Positions 1 to 14,025 of a stretch of 64,000 nt of DNA are shown one piece after another (position 1 is the stretch's first letter; every line of letters starts with the position of its first letter). Source of the stretch: Trichoplax adhaerens. Lineage: Eukaryota; Animalia; Placozoa. The DNA lies in NCBI RefSeq assembly GCF_000150275.1, contig NW_002060943.1, positions 4,422,008-4,486,007 of the forward strand, read 5' to 3'. A model generated the notes under the pieces. That model was given only the letters and a program-made list of their open reading frames with translations, had not been told where the DNA came from and made no database searches. Both the position numbers and the translations under genes were made by a program.

Positions 1-120
1 ATAGAAAACACATTCGTTTCTACTGCGGGCAGCATTTTATAATTTCAAAGTAACAATGTTTTTAGCTATGAGAACAGTCTTCTTTTATTCTCTTACGACA
101 ATGTCATTATAGCACAGCAG

Positions 121-3100
121 ATATTAAGCGATTTATCCTACCCGAATTAATTGAACTACTAAATGATGAAGAAAGCAGCGTGAGAATAGCAAGCTTAGCT
201 TGCATAGCGGAAGCTGTAGATCCTCAAGATGCAGGTATTTATACATATTAGTCGATAATCTTATATTACAACTTCTTACTTTTAGTAATACATCTAAAAT
301 TTTATTCGCTATTGCTCCATTTGTATTTCTTTCAATATGACGTTAAATCATCTCCCTAATTATAATAAATTGCAGTTATTCCTTGATATTCACTTTCTAT
401 CTCATCTATAGAAATGATTTGCGTTAGCTACTCATTTAGCTATTGTGATCAGAGTTTCGCAGATATTTTGAACTGTCATGAAAGGAACCTTAATTTATTT
501 CGATGATACATATTTCTGAGTTTTTTGATAGCTTTTGCATTATGTTTATAATAACTGTTAGTTAATCTTAAAATACAGAGCGAATTAAATTTGTAGTAAA
601 ATTTTTAATTATAATTATTTTGTCTTTATCCTCTATACCAGCAACCAAGGAAAAAATTTATCCTACTATAAAACATTTATGCGAGTTAGCAGTTGATAAA
701 CAAGATAATTCATTAACAGTAATTTCAAGATGTTATGGTAAACTTTGCATAGGATTGGATGGTAAGTTTTTATCAAGTTTTATCACCATCTTGTAGCAAA
801 TACGTAAAAGTCAAGGATACTATTTTCTTATGAGTAAAGACATATCCTATAAAATTTCTGAAAATTATTTTCCAGACGGCTAAATTAGCGACTTTAAAGT
901 TAATACATCATACAGTAGAAGAAGATACTACACATTGCATTGGTGAACTTAAAACGCCAGTGTGCCTTGTAATCGATTATTTTACATACGTTACGCTTTG
1001 GCTAATTTGAGTAATTGACAACGATAATATAGATGCTACATTAACAGATTACGGAAGTATCATGAAGGGAACGGTCATTATATTAAATTATTTCCTATTG
1101 CAGTTATGATCTCATTATATGTACGATACAGTTTAAGTACTTACAATTAATTGACAAAGAACGTTTATCATTAGTAGCATCTGTAAAATTGAAATAATGT
1201 TTACATTTTTTGCCTTGCATATGCTAGAGTAGGATAATAAGTTCAAGCTTTAATTATGATAGACTTTATTGCTAAATATAAGATCGTTCATTTTATTGTT
1301 TTATTCAAATTTCGCCTAGCAAATCTAACTAAAGATGAAAAAGAATGGTTGAAGTCGTTTTATGCTAAGATGTCAACATTAGGTCTTGGGCCATCCGATA
1401 AAGTAAAAACTCCAGTATCAAACTCTTTATTAAATTCAAATACTTTGAAGCAAACCTCACATGGTGTCAGCCAAGACTGTAGAATCAACTGTGCTTATAA
1501 TTTTCCAGTAAGTCTCGAAACGCATATATATTAATTAGATTGAAATACCGTAGGCTTAATGAGATGATATCGTTCTATTCTCAATGATACTAAAATAGCT
1601 TAATATTTATTAATTTTCCTTGCGATTAATGCCATTAATATCTGTTATTCAGGCCCTGACTGTATTTGTCAATGCTGCGGCGTTTCAATCTAATTTAGCT
1701 AAAATTTTGAAGCAATTTTGTTCCGATCCGTGCTCAACTGTCAGAAAGACGATTGCATGCAGCTTTCACGAGGTAGTGAATTAGTTTTTAATCTTTCATG
1801 AGAGTCATCCACGCTAATAAGACAACATTATGCCTAAATTTAGGTTGCCAAGATATTAGAAGATGAAGCATCATCACTTTATTATAATTTGGTAGAGTTA
1901 TTACAAGACCAGGACACTGAGGTATAGTTTGTAATTGATTGAAGGAGGATTATCAATGATCTCCAAGACGATATATTATCCATCTGCTGCTACAGTATAC
2001 TTTCCTTTCTGTGTGCTTTTATTGAGTATACTGCTATCGCAAATCAATATAAAAATCTACAAAGCCAGCTAATCTTTACGTAAGACATATGATGTTCTTA
2101 TAGTCAAATGTTACGGTGAACAACTCAGTTTATTTTGCTGTAATTGCCGATAAGCTAAGCTTCAGATTAGATGTAATCGAGTTGTATGTAGTGTTCCAGG
2201 ATTAGAATTAATTTTTTGTATTAGCTGCTGTAGTTTGAATATTAACATTTAAGTTACGGCAACTATTCCTTACTAATACTGTTCTTTAATTAAATATTGA
2301 AATATTAACCATGCTTATAACCTATGGTGAGGATACATTTGCTGTCGTGCTGCATGTTACAGTGTTGCCTATTAAATCATCCAATCAATAAAATCAGAGA
2401 ATTAGTTTACTATTTTCGGCATTAACATTAACATAATAAGATGTCGGCAAAATATAACGGGTGCTATAACCCTTGCTAATTTTGTTAATCTTCTAATCTC
2501 GCTAATCAGATATAAATGCAATTACAGACAATATAAATTAATGCTTTTACAAAGTGACATTCAATGCGTATACTGCATTTGTCTTTGATCCTTAATTGAA
2601 TTGTATGACAAAGATCTACATTTTAGTAAACATATTCGTATGACATCGTAATAAAACAACTCCTTTATAGCCACTATTATCACAATAAGTTTACTCTAAC
2701 CTGTACTAGACGAAATAGTTTATTACGTATAAATTTATCGCTGAAATACTGTAGCATGACTTATATGACCTATTTTACTGCGTAGCTTTCGCAGGCTGTC
2801 TTTTCCCTCAATGGCTCTGGCCTTTACAGTCCTTTCCGAGTATATGTTCACAAACACGCTTATGGAGTGCACTTTCTTGTCAATTCCTTGTAAAACACAA
2901 TCTTTCCTTGTGATAATCTTCTTCAATTAGCTTCTGCATCTAGTCTGCTTCATTATCCAGGTCCAGGAATCCAGGCCCGGTTTGATTGTAATCTCTTATC
3001 GTAGATCTCAACCTTTAGATACCATTACTTCCCGGTCCGTATACTTAATTCCACTATCGTTAACACCACCTAGCCTATCTTAGCTGATGCCGTTATCTTA

Positions 3101-6100
3101 CTATTTCATGCTCTCAAGACCCGTAGCTTATAGCAGGTCTTTTTCTTACAGAATTACACTGTAGTAATAACATAATGGTAATAATGCACTACCGCTTAAA
3201 TATCAGACATTTTCCGATAAAAGCAAATACATAATTAGATAGACACACAGTCTAGCAATGCAGTAGACCGTTACTATCAATTATGATAGGCCTACAGTAC
3301 CTATTTTAATCATTGCATAATTAAATTCTGTTTCCATAGGTATTACGTTGCCTCATTCCTTACCTTGATCAAAGCATAAGAAGCGTAGTAAAAAATTCAA
3401 CTGACAAGGTATAAATACGAATATAACAGAGAGACAACATGTATCTCATATACAAAGCTATTTTCTAATGAAAGGTCGATATAATTTGAAAATTGTTACA
3501 GAACATAACAAATCTACTTTTGGCACTATCTATCTGTGAACGAACTGTAATTGCTTCTTGTAAATGGCGACTTCATTGCGAATTACTAACAAGTTATCAG
3601 TGCCTAAGTAAAATTGCAACGTCTGAACAAATCTTTTCTCAATTTGTTCCGCATCTGTTCAAGCTATTAAGCTTTGCTGTAAGTCTATATATATAGTGTT
3701 TATTCGAGTTCACTTTCTTTCATATTAAATATTGATTCAGTAACTTATGGCAGTGTACAATATACTAGTCAAAATTTTTAGGAACAAGCTCTCTAAATTC
3801 GTTTGTAATGTATTAATTTCATCTAATAAATAGTCCAGAGAAAAAGTAAGGAAAGAACAATCTAATGATGAAATTAAAGAACCTATAAAAAATCAGGTAG
3901 AGTAAATAGCATTAAATTGATAATTGATAAATACTTTCAGTATTGATAGAATAAACGAATATAAATGAAATGATTTATATCTGCCAGGAATACACTATAA
4001 ATTCTGGTATATTCTAAGTGCAATTCCAATTATTGAAATTACCAAAATGCCATCATAAACATTCATTAACCGATTGATGAATATATTATACATTATTGCG
4101 TCGGCTACCTACTGAACTATTATCTAATAGTAGATTAAGCAATTGTAATGAAATAGTAAATTGAAGATAAATGAATCAGATAAACCGCAATTTAAAATAT
4201 TTCTGGTTGCTGCATTTATTTACCTATGTTGTGTTTGAAACTGCTTCTGCAACAATTTTAGTATGTTATCCCAGTTAAGTTAGCCGCTGCAAGAACTCTT
4301 TGCGTATTTCTGCGCTACAATACTAAAGCTGATCAAAAGAAGGAAATTTGTCAACGATTAGTTGATGGTAAAGCAATTTTAAATTTCTTATAGGCAGAAT
4401 TTAATGCAAATGAAGAATTCTCTATGTCAATGATGTCTGTAATTCTGTTCAAGACCATAGTCCTGACTTGAGAATCTTTTTTTAATATTAATTGACTAGA
4501 CTATGGAAAAAGTGATAGCTACTTGAATCGATCTCTCTTTGTGGATATTTCTAAGATTGTTTTGGAAGTCTTTTCTCAAAAATATTTCAAGGACAATTTT
4601 ATCGATGTTATCTTCCAATTAATGTCCGTAAGTGGGAATAATGTACATTAAATTAGTGGCCAATCACGTTGATACTGTACAAGCAAAATCGTGTATCATT
4701 TATTGCAATTTTGTATTTTAATTTTGACACCATCGATATTAATGATTCTTTATGTCAATATAGGATCCTGTTGCCAATGTCAAATTGAAAATTTGCCCTA
4801 TGTTAGCTAGCTTAAAATCAATTATGAAAATTCCTACTGATCACGTACTTATGAAGCAGCTGGAAGCATGTGTACTTAAAATGCTATCCAGTGAACGTGA
4901 CAAAGATGTTTCAGAATCGCTGCGGAAGGTGATAGCCCTATGTACTCGTTAGTTATAATTTAATTTTAAATGGCATCAGAAAGTTAAAGTGCAATCTTTG
5001 TATTCCCGATATTTAGGCTGTTTCGGAAATGGATAAAGTCCAAATTACCTTACAGACAGTGAGCTTAAGTTTTACCAGAAATGAAATGATCTTCATTTAT
5101 AGTATATTATACTGTTTCTACTTTACTAGTCTTGATCAATAAACTCTATGTTATAATTTGATATTTAAGTTTTATTTGTCGCATGTTATTCACGTATAAA
5201 TCTTAAAAATACTCTAAATATTCTTTTTTCTTAGTATTTAACAGATCATATATATTTATACTACGCCATATCGTGAATTACTTTTAATATTCACATATTT
5301 ATTATTTCAATAATTCACAAGTTTACTCTAAAAAATTTTATAAATGGTAATTAAAACGATTATTAAAGGCTAAAAGCGTAACTCGAGCTGATTTTCTGCT
5401 GAGTATATCGAAGATTTCACGCATCTTATTCTCTATCAATTCTTAATAATTTATTGTCTTTTTGGTTAAAGTAACAATTGAAAAAAGTTTTATATCCATA
5501 ATTTATACCTATAAATCTTCACTTCTTGCTATAGTCGAGCTCTCTATCACACGTCAAGCAAAATGTAAAGGATAAAGAGAAAGAAGACGAAGAAAGACGA
5601 ATTCTTTTGCAAGTACGTTTGCCAGTAATCCTTATAATGCTTTAAATTTGAATGATCCAGTATAAGCTTGCTTGTATAAATAAGGCGGCTATAGTAATTA
5701 ACATTCATGAAGCAAAGTTTTATAATCTACCAGTACCTTGCTCTGAGGTCTTATAATTAACAATTAGTAGTAATGATAACAAGTCCAATGATCAGATTCA
5801 AATTAATTTAAAACTTTAAATTATACCAATAGGAAAAGGAAGAAGAAGCAAAAGTTAAATTAGCAACCAAGCCAAAGAAAACGAATTCGAGTAAAAAACA
5901 TAGTAAGCGACTAAAATATTAAATTCAATTTGGATGACATGAATTGCATTTGTAGTAGTCGATGCCGACACTGAATATCGACAGCTGCATCAGAAGATAA
6001 GAAAATCATGCTCTTGCTCTCCATTATAACTTTAAGTATTAATAGGCAACTATTTGTATACACTAGATAATGAAAAAATTAGCTTAAAAAAGGAAAATAA

Positions 6101-7085
6101 TACGACGAAGCGGCCATCAATAGGAGTAGCTTCTTCAATTTCAAGTCGGCCTACAAGTAAGTTATATCATATACCACATATATTTTGGAAATAGGAGCCA
6201 TAGTTTTGTTTCTTTCCATTATTATTGATTATATTTTTATATCTATTTAGTAGTAGCATGCAGCATCTCGATAAGGCTGCAATATCATTAGAACTAGTAA
6301 ATTAGATAGAAAGCAGTTTTTGAACTCAAATTTATTACATAGAGGTTTTGATATTGAATAGATGGGAAAGATTAGGATTATTATGGTGTTGAATATTTTT
6401 AAAAAGTTTTAATCGAGATGGATAAGTTATGATATTTGACTTCCGTTTTGATTTAGCCTTGGGTGTGTCTTCTAGCAGTCAATCTTCCATTAATCACAAT
6501 CACAAATCGACGCAAGCTGTAAAATTACCGCCTGCACAAAAAGATTCTGTTACGGCTCAATCACGAAGTAAATTTCAAGTTACTAACGTTCAATCTGAAA
6601 TTCGAAAGCAAAGAAGTAATAGTACACCACCACTTAATAGTCCTGGTTCATCGACTAGCAGCACTGGTACAAAATATCCAGGTAATATAGATATCAAAAC
6701 GATTTAAAGTAATGTCATTGAATATGTGTTACATGTTTAAGGCTATAGTTATAATTCTTCTCTGCATTCTAAAATAAGGTTCTCGAAACAGTGTCTCCAA
6801 GAGCAAATCTTCAACGCAGTCGCTTAAGAGGTAAAGCCGTTATTTAGATCAAGATGGGAGATATTGTTATTTGCTGTTGAACTTGACAGATCGAAAAATG
6901 CATAATTTAAAATTCTGATTAAAATGGAAAAAACACTATTTCATTTATAGTAATAATAGTGAATTGTAATGTATGAAATAGTTACCTAATTGTAAGCGTA
7001 CTAACGATTTTGTTTACCTTACATCCATTAATTTAGCACAACATCTACAATGAAAAAATCAAATTCTACAACGGCCAAGCGTTAA
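121..7085 (+). CDS. PPP4R4: Protein phosphatase 4 regulatory subunit 4 (HEAT-repeat), 5'-truncated, ~17 exons visible
   Basis: GT-AG exons (approx. 121-234, 642-761, 1320-1507, 1653-1772, 1844-1921, 3340-3408, 3502-3678, 4262-4367, 4500-4626, 4764-4928, ... 6457-6681, 6779-6830, 7037-7085) splice to LPELIELLNDEESSVR, CRINCAYNFP, VRKTIACSFHEVAKIL, KWRLHCELL, VIPVKLAAARTLCVFLRYN, DPVANVKLKICPML followed by a Ser/Lys-rich tail. These match PP4R4/KIAA1622 motifs as I recall them. Stop TAA 7083-7085. Confidence 0.85.
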
Positions 7086-10000
7086 GTATCTACAGGTCGT
7101 ACAGATTTGTTCTCCAGCTAAAAATTTCGCCTATGCTGCGACACTTTTAATTGCGACATGGGTATTTACACTGCACTTCATTTCGAGTGGGTTATTACTC
7201 ATTTATACAAAATATTAGATTATGAATAACTTTCTAATTGTTTGAAGATGAAATTAAAAGAAATGACAGATTTATACTTATACAGTATAAATTAATTGAT
7301 ATTAGTACTGATGCTTGCGAAATATCACATCTTATATGGATAATAATAATAAACATATAAAGTTGGTCATTATAATGGATCAATTCGTAGAGAATTTTAT
7401 ATTCTATATATATTATCTTGACACAAAAAATAGAGTTTCCGACTATTATAAAAGGAAAAAATCATTATTGCGGCTCTTTATATTAATCCACTTAAGAATT
7501 ATAAGAAATTTTGTTCATGTTAGACGAATATTCATGCGATTATGATCATGAATATAGATCTGATGTGGTAGCATACGATTACTGCAAAATGTGGATACGT
7601 TATCCTCTTAGATTGTAATATGATGTAATTAAAGTTATATTCGGCAATTTTATTCTTGACAATGATAAATGTTTGCAATATGTAAGCATGATAGAGTAAT
7701 GCATTAAATTGTCACTTATATTGTAATTTGAAAATCATGATAATTAGGTTATAATAGAAATTTTATATTGCAGTTGTTTGAGAAAATCTTTTGTTGGTAA
7801 ATATTATTGAAAGTATAAAAATTGAATTAGATTCGTGGAAAAATAAAACTTTATGTTAGATATAGACTGATAAACGTATTACCTATAAGAGTTATTTTGA
7901 CTGTGCTTATCGATTAAAGGTAATGAAGGAGATTTTACAATCATTAATGCTAAATTAGAGGGATTGATAGAATCTGGTTAGTTTCTTTCTCTTCTAGTTT
8001 GTACCGTAATTTAATGTTAACTGGAGGTAACATATATGGAAAATATTGGCGTATCGTGTCCTAAAATTTATTGTGAAAATTATAACTATAGTGATTCCTA
8101 CAGTAAGCATCAATGGTACGTCATATAAAAGTACTATAGTTACTAAACTTAGCCATCTAATTCTTGACGGTAGTAGGTAACATGGTATGCCGTTGATTTG
8201 TCATCAGATTCGACAATCCAAGTGCATACAGTTTTACAGTATAGGCCTAATATTCGGTATTGTACTTTTTGCAATACGCTTTAATACAATGTTAATAAAT
8301 TATAATTAATCAATCATTCATTTTGGAAATTAAAGACATACATAAATATTAGCGATGATGGAGATATTATATCGTCCCAAACTAATCAGTATGCCACTTA
8401 GTCCAATCAATCATATTGAAGATAATTTATGTACATTGGAATACTAGGTCTAATAGTTATAAATTGAGAGCTTATTAATAATACGAACAATATTTCTCAG
8501 CAATAGCTGTATAATCTATTGAAACATAATAGTATGATTTGATTCTTTGAAGCGATCTTTCTCGTTAATGCTGATATACTGTTCAATCAATCCATTAGTT
8601 GACCGTTTATGCATTTCAAGGAAATATCAATTTTATTTACTTGATACCATGACAGTATTGTAATAGTATTAAGCACAGTTTATTGACAATAATTTATGTC
8701 GTTACCGTATCTATAAATAAAAGTTCTTTAATGCATTTTAGCAATACACGATCATACAGTAACTTTCTAAGAACTCTAATTAATCTTGCATTAGTATGTA
8801 GGTAAAATACTTCCTTAGGAAATTTAACCAAGGATACAAGGAGGTTTCTAAGCTAGTGTTAAACAATAATTCTACAATTATAGAAATAACCAAAATAGTA
8901 ATTAGTTACCTATTCATACAGACCTTCTACTTAACAAAATAAGATACTCCACTATCATAATTTGATTAGCAAAAATTAATATTTTAAGTTAATGATAAAT
9001 TATTTCCTTTTAGTCTATTAAATATTGCAATTTATACTTGAAAATTTAACATGTTACACTGCTAGAATCGATACGTAGTATGATATGGAAGCCGTATTAT
9101 AATAATTGATAAAATAATTGCGAACGACTATTTATACTATAAATGTCTTAAAATCTCACGCCTAATAAACAAATGTTTTATATTCTGCCTGCTGACATTA
9201 CAAAGTGTGTTGGTATAAAGACGTACTGTAAGATACTTGTATAAGTAACCTAAAGCTAATTCGTATATAAACACAAATATTATATAATTGTATCCGAAAG
9301 TAATAATAATACATACCTTACGGAATACATTTCTGCTTTGGTCGAGAATACCATGCCGTGTAAGTTCCTCAATGTTTGAAGAATTACTTTTTATGAAGTT
9401 ATTGCGCTGTGCACTGTAATTAACTATCTATGTTTCAGTCTAAAGTGATTTTAGTAAAGCTATCTTACAGTAATGAATACAAATTTGATTATATATTGTT
9501 AAAATTACACATACTGTGTTGGAATTTATTTCGTATACGATACAGTGAATACTCATATCCTGTGCATCATAGACAAAAACTTGATGATCATTAATTGCCC
9601 AAAGAGGGCTAGCACTTCAACTTAATAAGTTGTTTTGACAGATTGGTGTATAGTAGCTTTAAATATATATATATATATATAAGTGCTAATATTTCTATTA
9701 CATTTGTTGAACAGAGATTGAGAAAAAGGAGGGGACCATAATTTGCTTTCAAGTTGCAAGGTGATAAAATAATAGATGAAAAGGTAAAAAGTAATAGTAC
9801 ATATAAAAAAGCATGTATAAATAACAAGATTGGTTTATATTGTTGCAAATCCGAAATTGGTTATTTCGTATGCATATGAATTATTCATTATACAAGAAAC
9901 TAAAAGCAGTATAAAAAAAACACGAAATGAATGCTGCTACTTTGAGCTATGGGATCAGAAAATCTAGTTTACAATTTATTAGCTATCTTACTATACAGTA

Positions 10001-10894
10001 ATACTTTTTCAATAGAAAAATAGTATTAATGTTACACTATGGAGGTGATATACGTATTTAGTGTTTAAATATAATAAAATATCTAAACATTGCTTTTTAT
10101 ATTAGTGTAAGAAAATACGTTTACCTTCTTTTGCTATATTCTAAAAATAATAATATTATTATTCTTCTAGAAGTACAGTATCTATACATCCTCAGAATTC
10201 CCTATATTATAGCATTATTACTTGATATACTTGTAGTTAATAGTGGTACTACATACGTAAAAGGAGAAACTACTGCTTATAAATATTTGCAAATGCCAGA
10301 AAGCAAACCGGTTAAAAATAATAGCATACAATATTTGATATCAGTTGGTAAGAGCAATCTTCAATATTATAAAGGGACGAAAAATCAACAAGAGATCAGA
10401 TACAATAATTACAGTCACGGAATAGATTGAATATGATGATTAACTTTCTATTTTAGGTACAAGAAAAATAAGGAATGTAATTCCTGACCTACTTTTTTAT
10501 GTGATAACAGGCGAATTAAATATATATAAAAAGGTTTCTTTGAGAACTAATGCTATATGATAGCAAATTTTAAAATAGAAAAAAAAATAGCTACTGCAAA
10601 GATATTGTACTTGCAATCGATAATCGTTGCAATATTTCGTCATATACGTAAATTGTCTCTATTAAAAGTACATGAGCTGATAACAAATTACTTACATCAC
10701 TGTCATAGACACATCATTTAAAATCATAACTTCGAAGCTTTAAAGACAAATGACTTGATATTTAACTAATATGAATAAGCTTCAATTTATTTACCTATGA
10801 ATACAAATGAATACGCTTACAATTGAATAACACACACATTTAAACATTGTTTTGAAAAGAATTTCATATGACCGTCTGTGCTGTGAATTGTTCA

Positions 10895-13276
10895 TTATTT
10901 TGCTTGTAAATCTCCTAATGTACTAGTTCCCATCCATAGATCGTCGTCGTCACTATTAAGCTGGGCTATCAATTCCGAATTTAACCGATTTAGGCTGTTA
11001 TTAAGGTAATCAGTTTTACTTTCTTCGGCTGCAATTTGATTATAAATTTCATCAGTGGCAATGGTATCGGAATCGTTGTGTGGTGAAGCTGAGCTAAGGA
11101 ATAAATCTTGTCCGAAAAGCTCGCGCGCTGCCTCTTCGGCTGTCATGTTATCTTGTATATCCATTTCAACTTCAGGTACCATTTGCTGGCTATCTATGGC
11201 ATATAAGCTAGGCGTCAAAGGTCTACATTCAGTCTTGAACATATTATAGTTATTGCTGACTTGAATATCGTGACTAAATGAGCCTGGCATGGTTGCATTA
11301 TGACTTGCGCCGATATAATTATGGTGTTCTGAAATTATATCATAACTAGGTATGTTGGCATAATTAATATCTTTCATTTCACCAATTTTATTATTATTAT
11401 TGTTCATTCCTCTCTTATGCTCGCTCTCGTGGTCTTTACTTATTTTAACATTGTTTTCTCCTATGCTTTTATTCGAGCCACTCTTTTGCCACAAACAATC
11501 GAATAACTCTGTAATTATTGAAATAACCATGATAAGATCCAAGCCATAATATGTTTACGGTTAAAATAATTATTAACTGGTAGAAAGTATGCTTTATGGT
11601 ACTACAAAATAATTTTTTACCTGGGTATTTCATGCTTGCTCGGATGTCGTCAGCGTACTTCTTTTGCAATTTATCTATTTCTTTCTCGATAATTTCGAGG
11701 CGATCGGGTGACATGGCCCATAGACTGCCTTTTTTGTGTGACGTTCCTTCAGGCCTTTCTTTTTTCATAAATGTTTTATTTAGAGATAAGTTATGTCTTA
11801 CGGAGTTCTACAAATTTTGAACGAAAGCAATCAGAATAGACATCATCAACATCATGCTGATACTTTTTGTGGAAGATAATTTAGGTACCAATAGATTATA
11901 TTAGCTCATACCTTCCATCCATCAGGTGCAGTTAGAAAGTATGGAAAGTTCTCTCTGTTAAGTAAGATAGCAAATGGAGATAATTCGTTATTGGAGATAT
12001 TGGGTTACAGTACTATAAAAGCATGCCATGGTTTCTAATTTTCATGTTAAGAGTTTATACAGTTTAAGGACACAGTAGTAATAATTACTATTGGTACTTA
12101 TGCGGTGGTTGTTTAAGTAATACTTGACTTTCTATCGCGATGTCATCAATGTGAAATGGGTAAAACAATTTGAGTTGAATTGGTCATGAACATCATCACT
12201 TACTGGATATACTTGTAAATATCGCTGACAGGTAATTTTCCACTATTGCTATTTTTCAACGCCATCGAAATGAGGCAAGAATAGGAATACACTGGTTTTG
12301 GCCAAGGACGTTCCATATTTGATTTATTGGCATTGTTATGTCCAATTGAATCGACATCTTTAATTGGTACATTAGTGATGCAATTCTTGTTGCAATTGTT
12401 GTCATTGACATATATTTGCTGTTGGATTGGCCCTAAAGGGTTGTTTTCGTCAGTAATATTGGATGGACTTGGATTCATATTTTTCTTGGGAGTAGTGACA
12501 ACGTTATCGATCGCCGCTGCTGGACTACATCGATCCATTTGAATTTGGTGATGCCGATTATTGATCATACCGGAATGGACAATAATTGGTTGCATGGGCA
12601 TGGAACTAGTCGATACGCCTGCAACGTTGGTCATGATCGATTGTTGCATTGCTGCTGTTATCGATACTGGATGAGATACTAAGTAGGAATCTGGATTATT
12701 CATTTGGCAATTATCTACTGGAGATGGTTGTTGGTGTTGCATGGCTTGGTGAAGTTGTTGTTGTTGTTGCTGCTGCTGATCACATGTAGGATTAGAGTTA
12801 TTATTAGGGATATTAAGTGAGTGAAGCCAACCTAAACTCGTTAAATCATTCGGTGATTCATAATTTGCATGCATTTGCTGATGCTGCTGTTGTTGTTGTT
12901 GTTGTTGCTGCTGCTGTTGCTGCTGATGCTGATGCTGCTGATGCTGCTGCTGATGCTGATGCTGATGCTGTTGCTGTTGCCCTTGTTGATCGAAATTTTT
13001 AGCAATACCATCGTTGGCAACTTTCAATTTTTTACTTTGTTGTCTTTTCCGTGGTGACATTACTTGATAATTGGCTGATAAGTCTTTATGCTTTTTATAA
13101 TCTGCTGGATGATAGATAGCAATATTGATGATAGATGACATAATCAAGAAAAAGAAAGAAAAAATAAAAACTAATTTGAAGTCAAAAAAATGGTTGAAAA
13201 ATTTGAAGCAATAATGCGTTTAACAATCCACAACTAATGCAATGCTTGAGACCATACGTAGTGATGTTTTCACCAT
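10895..13276 (-). CDS. FoxN1/4: Forkhead transcription factor, FoxN1/4 class
   Basis: Exons 13276-13258 (MVKTSLP, inferred, in frame), 13104-12204, ~11955-11913, ~11808-11620, ~11509-10895. Forkhead domain [61 protein letters not shown]...KKGSLWAM, then [23 protein letters not shown], typical of FoxN1/4. Acidic C-terminus. The start could alternatively be MSPRKRQ at 13060. Confidence 0.9.
12750..12985 (-). repeat. Coding polyQ / Q-H microsatellites (CAG/CAA/CAT) in FoxN
   Basis: (TGT/TGC/TGA)n runs on the + strand at ~12750-12780 and ~12873-12983 encode Q9 and an ~37-residue Q/H tract. Confidence 0.95.
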
Positions 13277-13540
13277 AAATGCTTTCAATCGCAAAGCATA
13301 AGATAAGTGCAAAATGGGTCAAGAAGAATGTTATCCCGGTTTTCAAATTGATCAATAGCTTAGGTACGAATTTTCTCCTTGTAGCGATAATATCGATGTA
13401 GAAATCAATCTAAGTCGATTTTCGATGGAATATTGCGATGTCGATGATAAGCAAGACTGCCGTCAAGTTGATAATTCAATGATTTACAACTGCGGAATGG
13501 CTGAGGTATGAATCAGGTTTTTAAAATTTAAATGATCCAT

Positions 13541-13698
13541 TGTGATTGGTGGAGAATGTATATTAACGGTAACCCTACCAACAAATGATTCATTGATTAT
13601 TATTGATTGTCAATGAGTCATACAGGACAGCATAAATAGGTCCAACTCATTCTATTAATCAATAGAGAACCACGACCTAGTGTCGGTGGCCAATCAGC
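13541..13698. promoter_or_regulatory. Candidate CCAAT (NF-Y) boxes upstream of FoxN
   Basis: TGATTGG at ~13543 and GGCCAATCAG at ~13688, 270-420 bp upstream of the inferred first coding exon. Confidence 0.4.
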
Positions 13699-13724
13699 GT
13701 CTACAATCTTACAATGGCCAGGTA

Positions 13725-14025
13725 TTACTCATCCAGTCCAGTACAGTACAGTACTGTACAGTAGACCAGACCATTAAGACCTTTAAAAGCTGTACAGTAC
13801 AGTACGTACGTACAATACTGGACAGTCTACAGTGTACAGTACCTTTGCATTCAGTACAGTACAGTACAGTACAGTACAATGTGGACGGGCTAATTTCTAT
13901 GATTTTGGTGCAAACAGATAGATTAAATTTTTTTTTTTTTTTGGACAAATTTTATATCAGTGTAAACGACTGGACGTTACAAACAACCTGAACGGGAAAT
14001 TTGCACAATTGTACTGTACGTGTAA
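13725..14025. repeat. (GTACA)n/(TGTAC)n pentamer island upstream of FoxN
   Basis: e.g. CAGTACAGTACAGTACTGTACAGTAG (13739) and CAGTACAGTACAGTACAGTACAGTACA (13852). Confidence 0.9.

Noticed and set aside
3839-3896. Purine-rich AG...GT segment resembling an extra PPP4R4 exon
   Set aside because: In-frame TAA and non-triplet length; the flanking exons already join in phase 0.
7315-10430. ORFs at 7315-7545, 9609-9848, 10131-10430 (and similar ones at 28821, 36415, 50901, 63036)
   Set aside because: Ile/Tyr/Leu/Lys-rich chance ORFs in AT-rich UTR or intergenic DNA with no domain or exon structure.
12817-13057. Poly-Ala/Val and poly-Leu ORFs on the + strand
   Set aside because: Antisense shadows of the FoxN polyQ tract.
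13680-13991. ORFs rich in STVQY/YCTVL (also 13709-13948, 24019-24378, 40219-40425, 41368-41550)
   Set aside because: Translations of the stop-free GTACA pentamer repeat; no splice context or protein homology.
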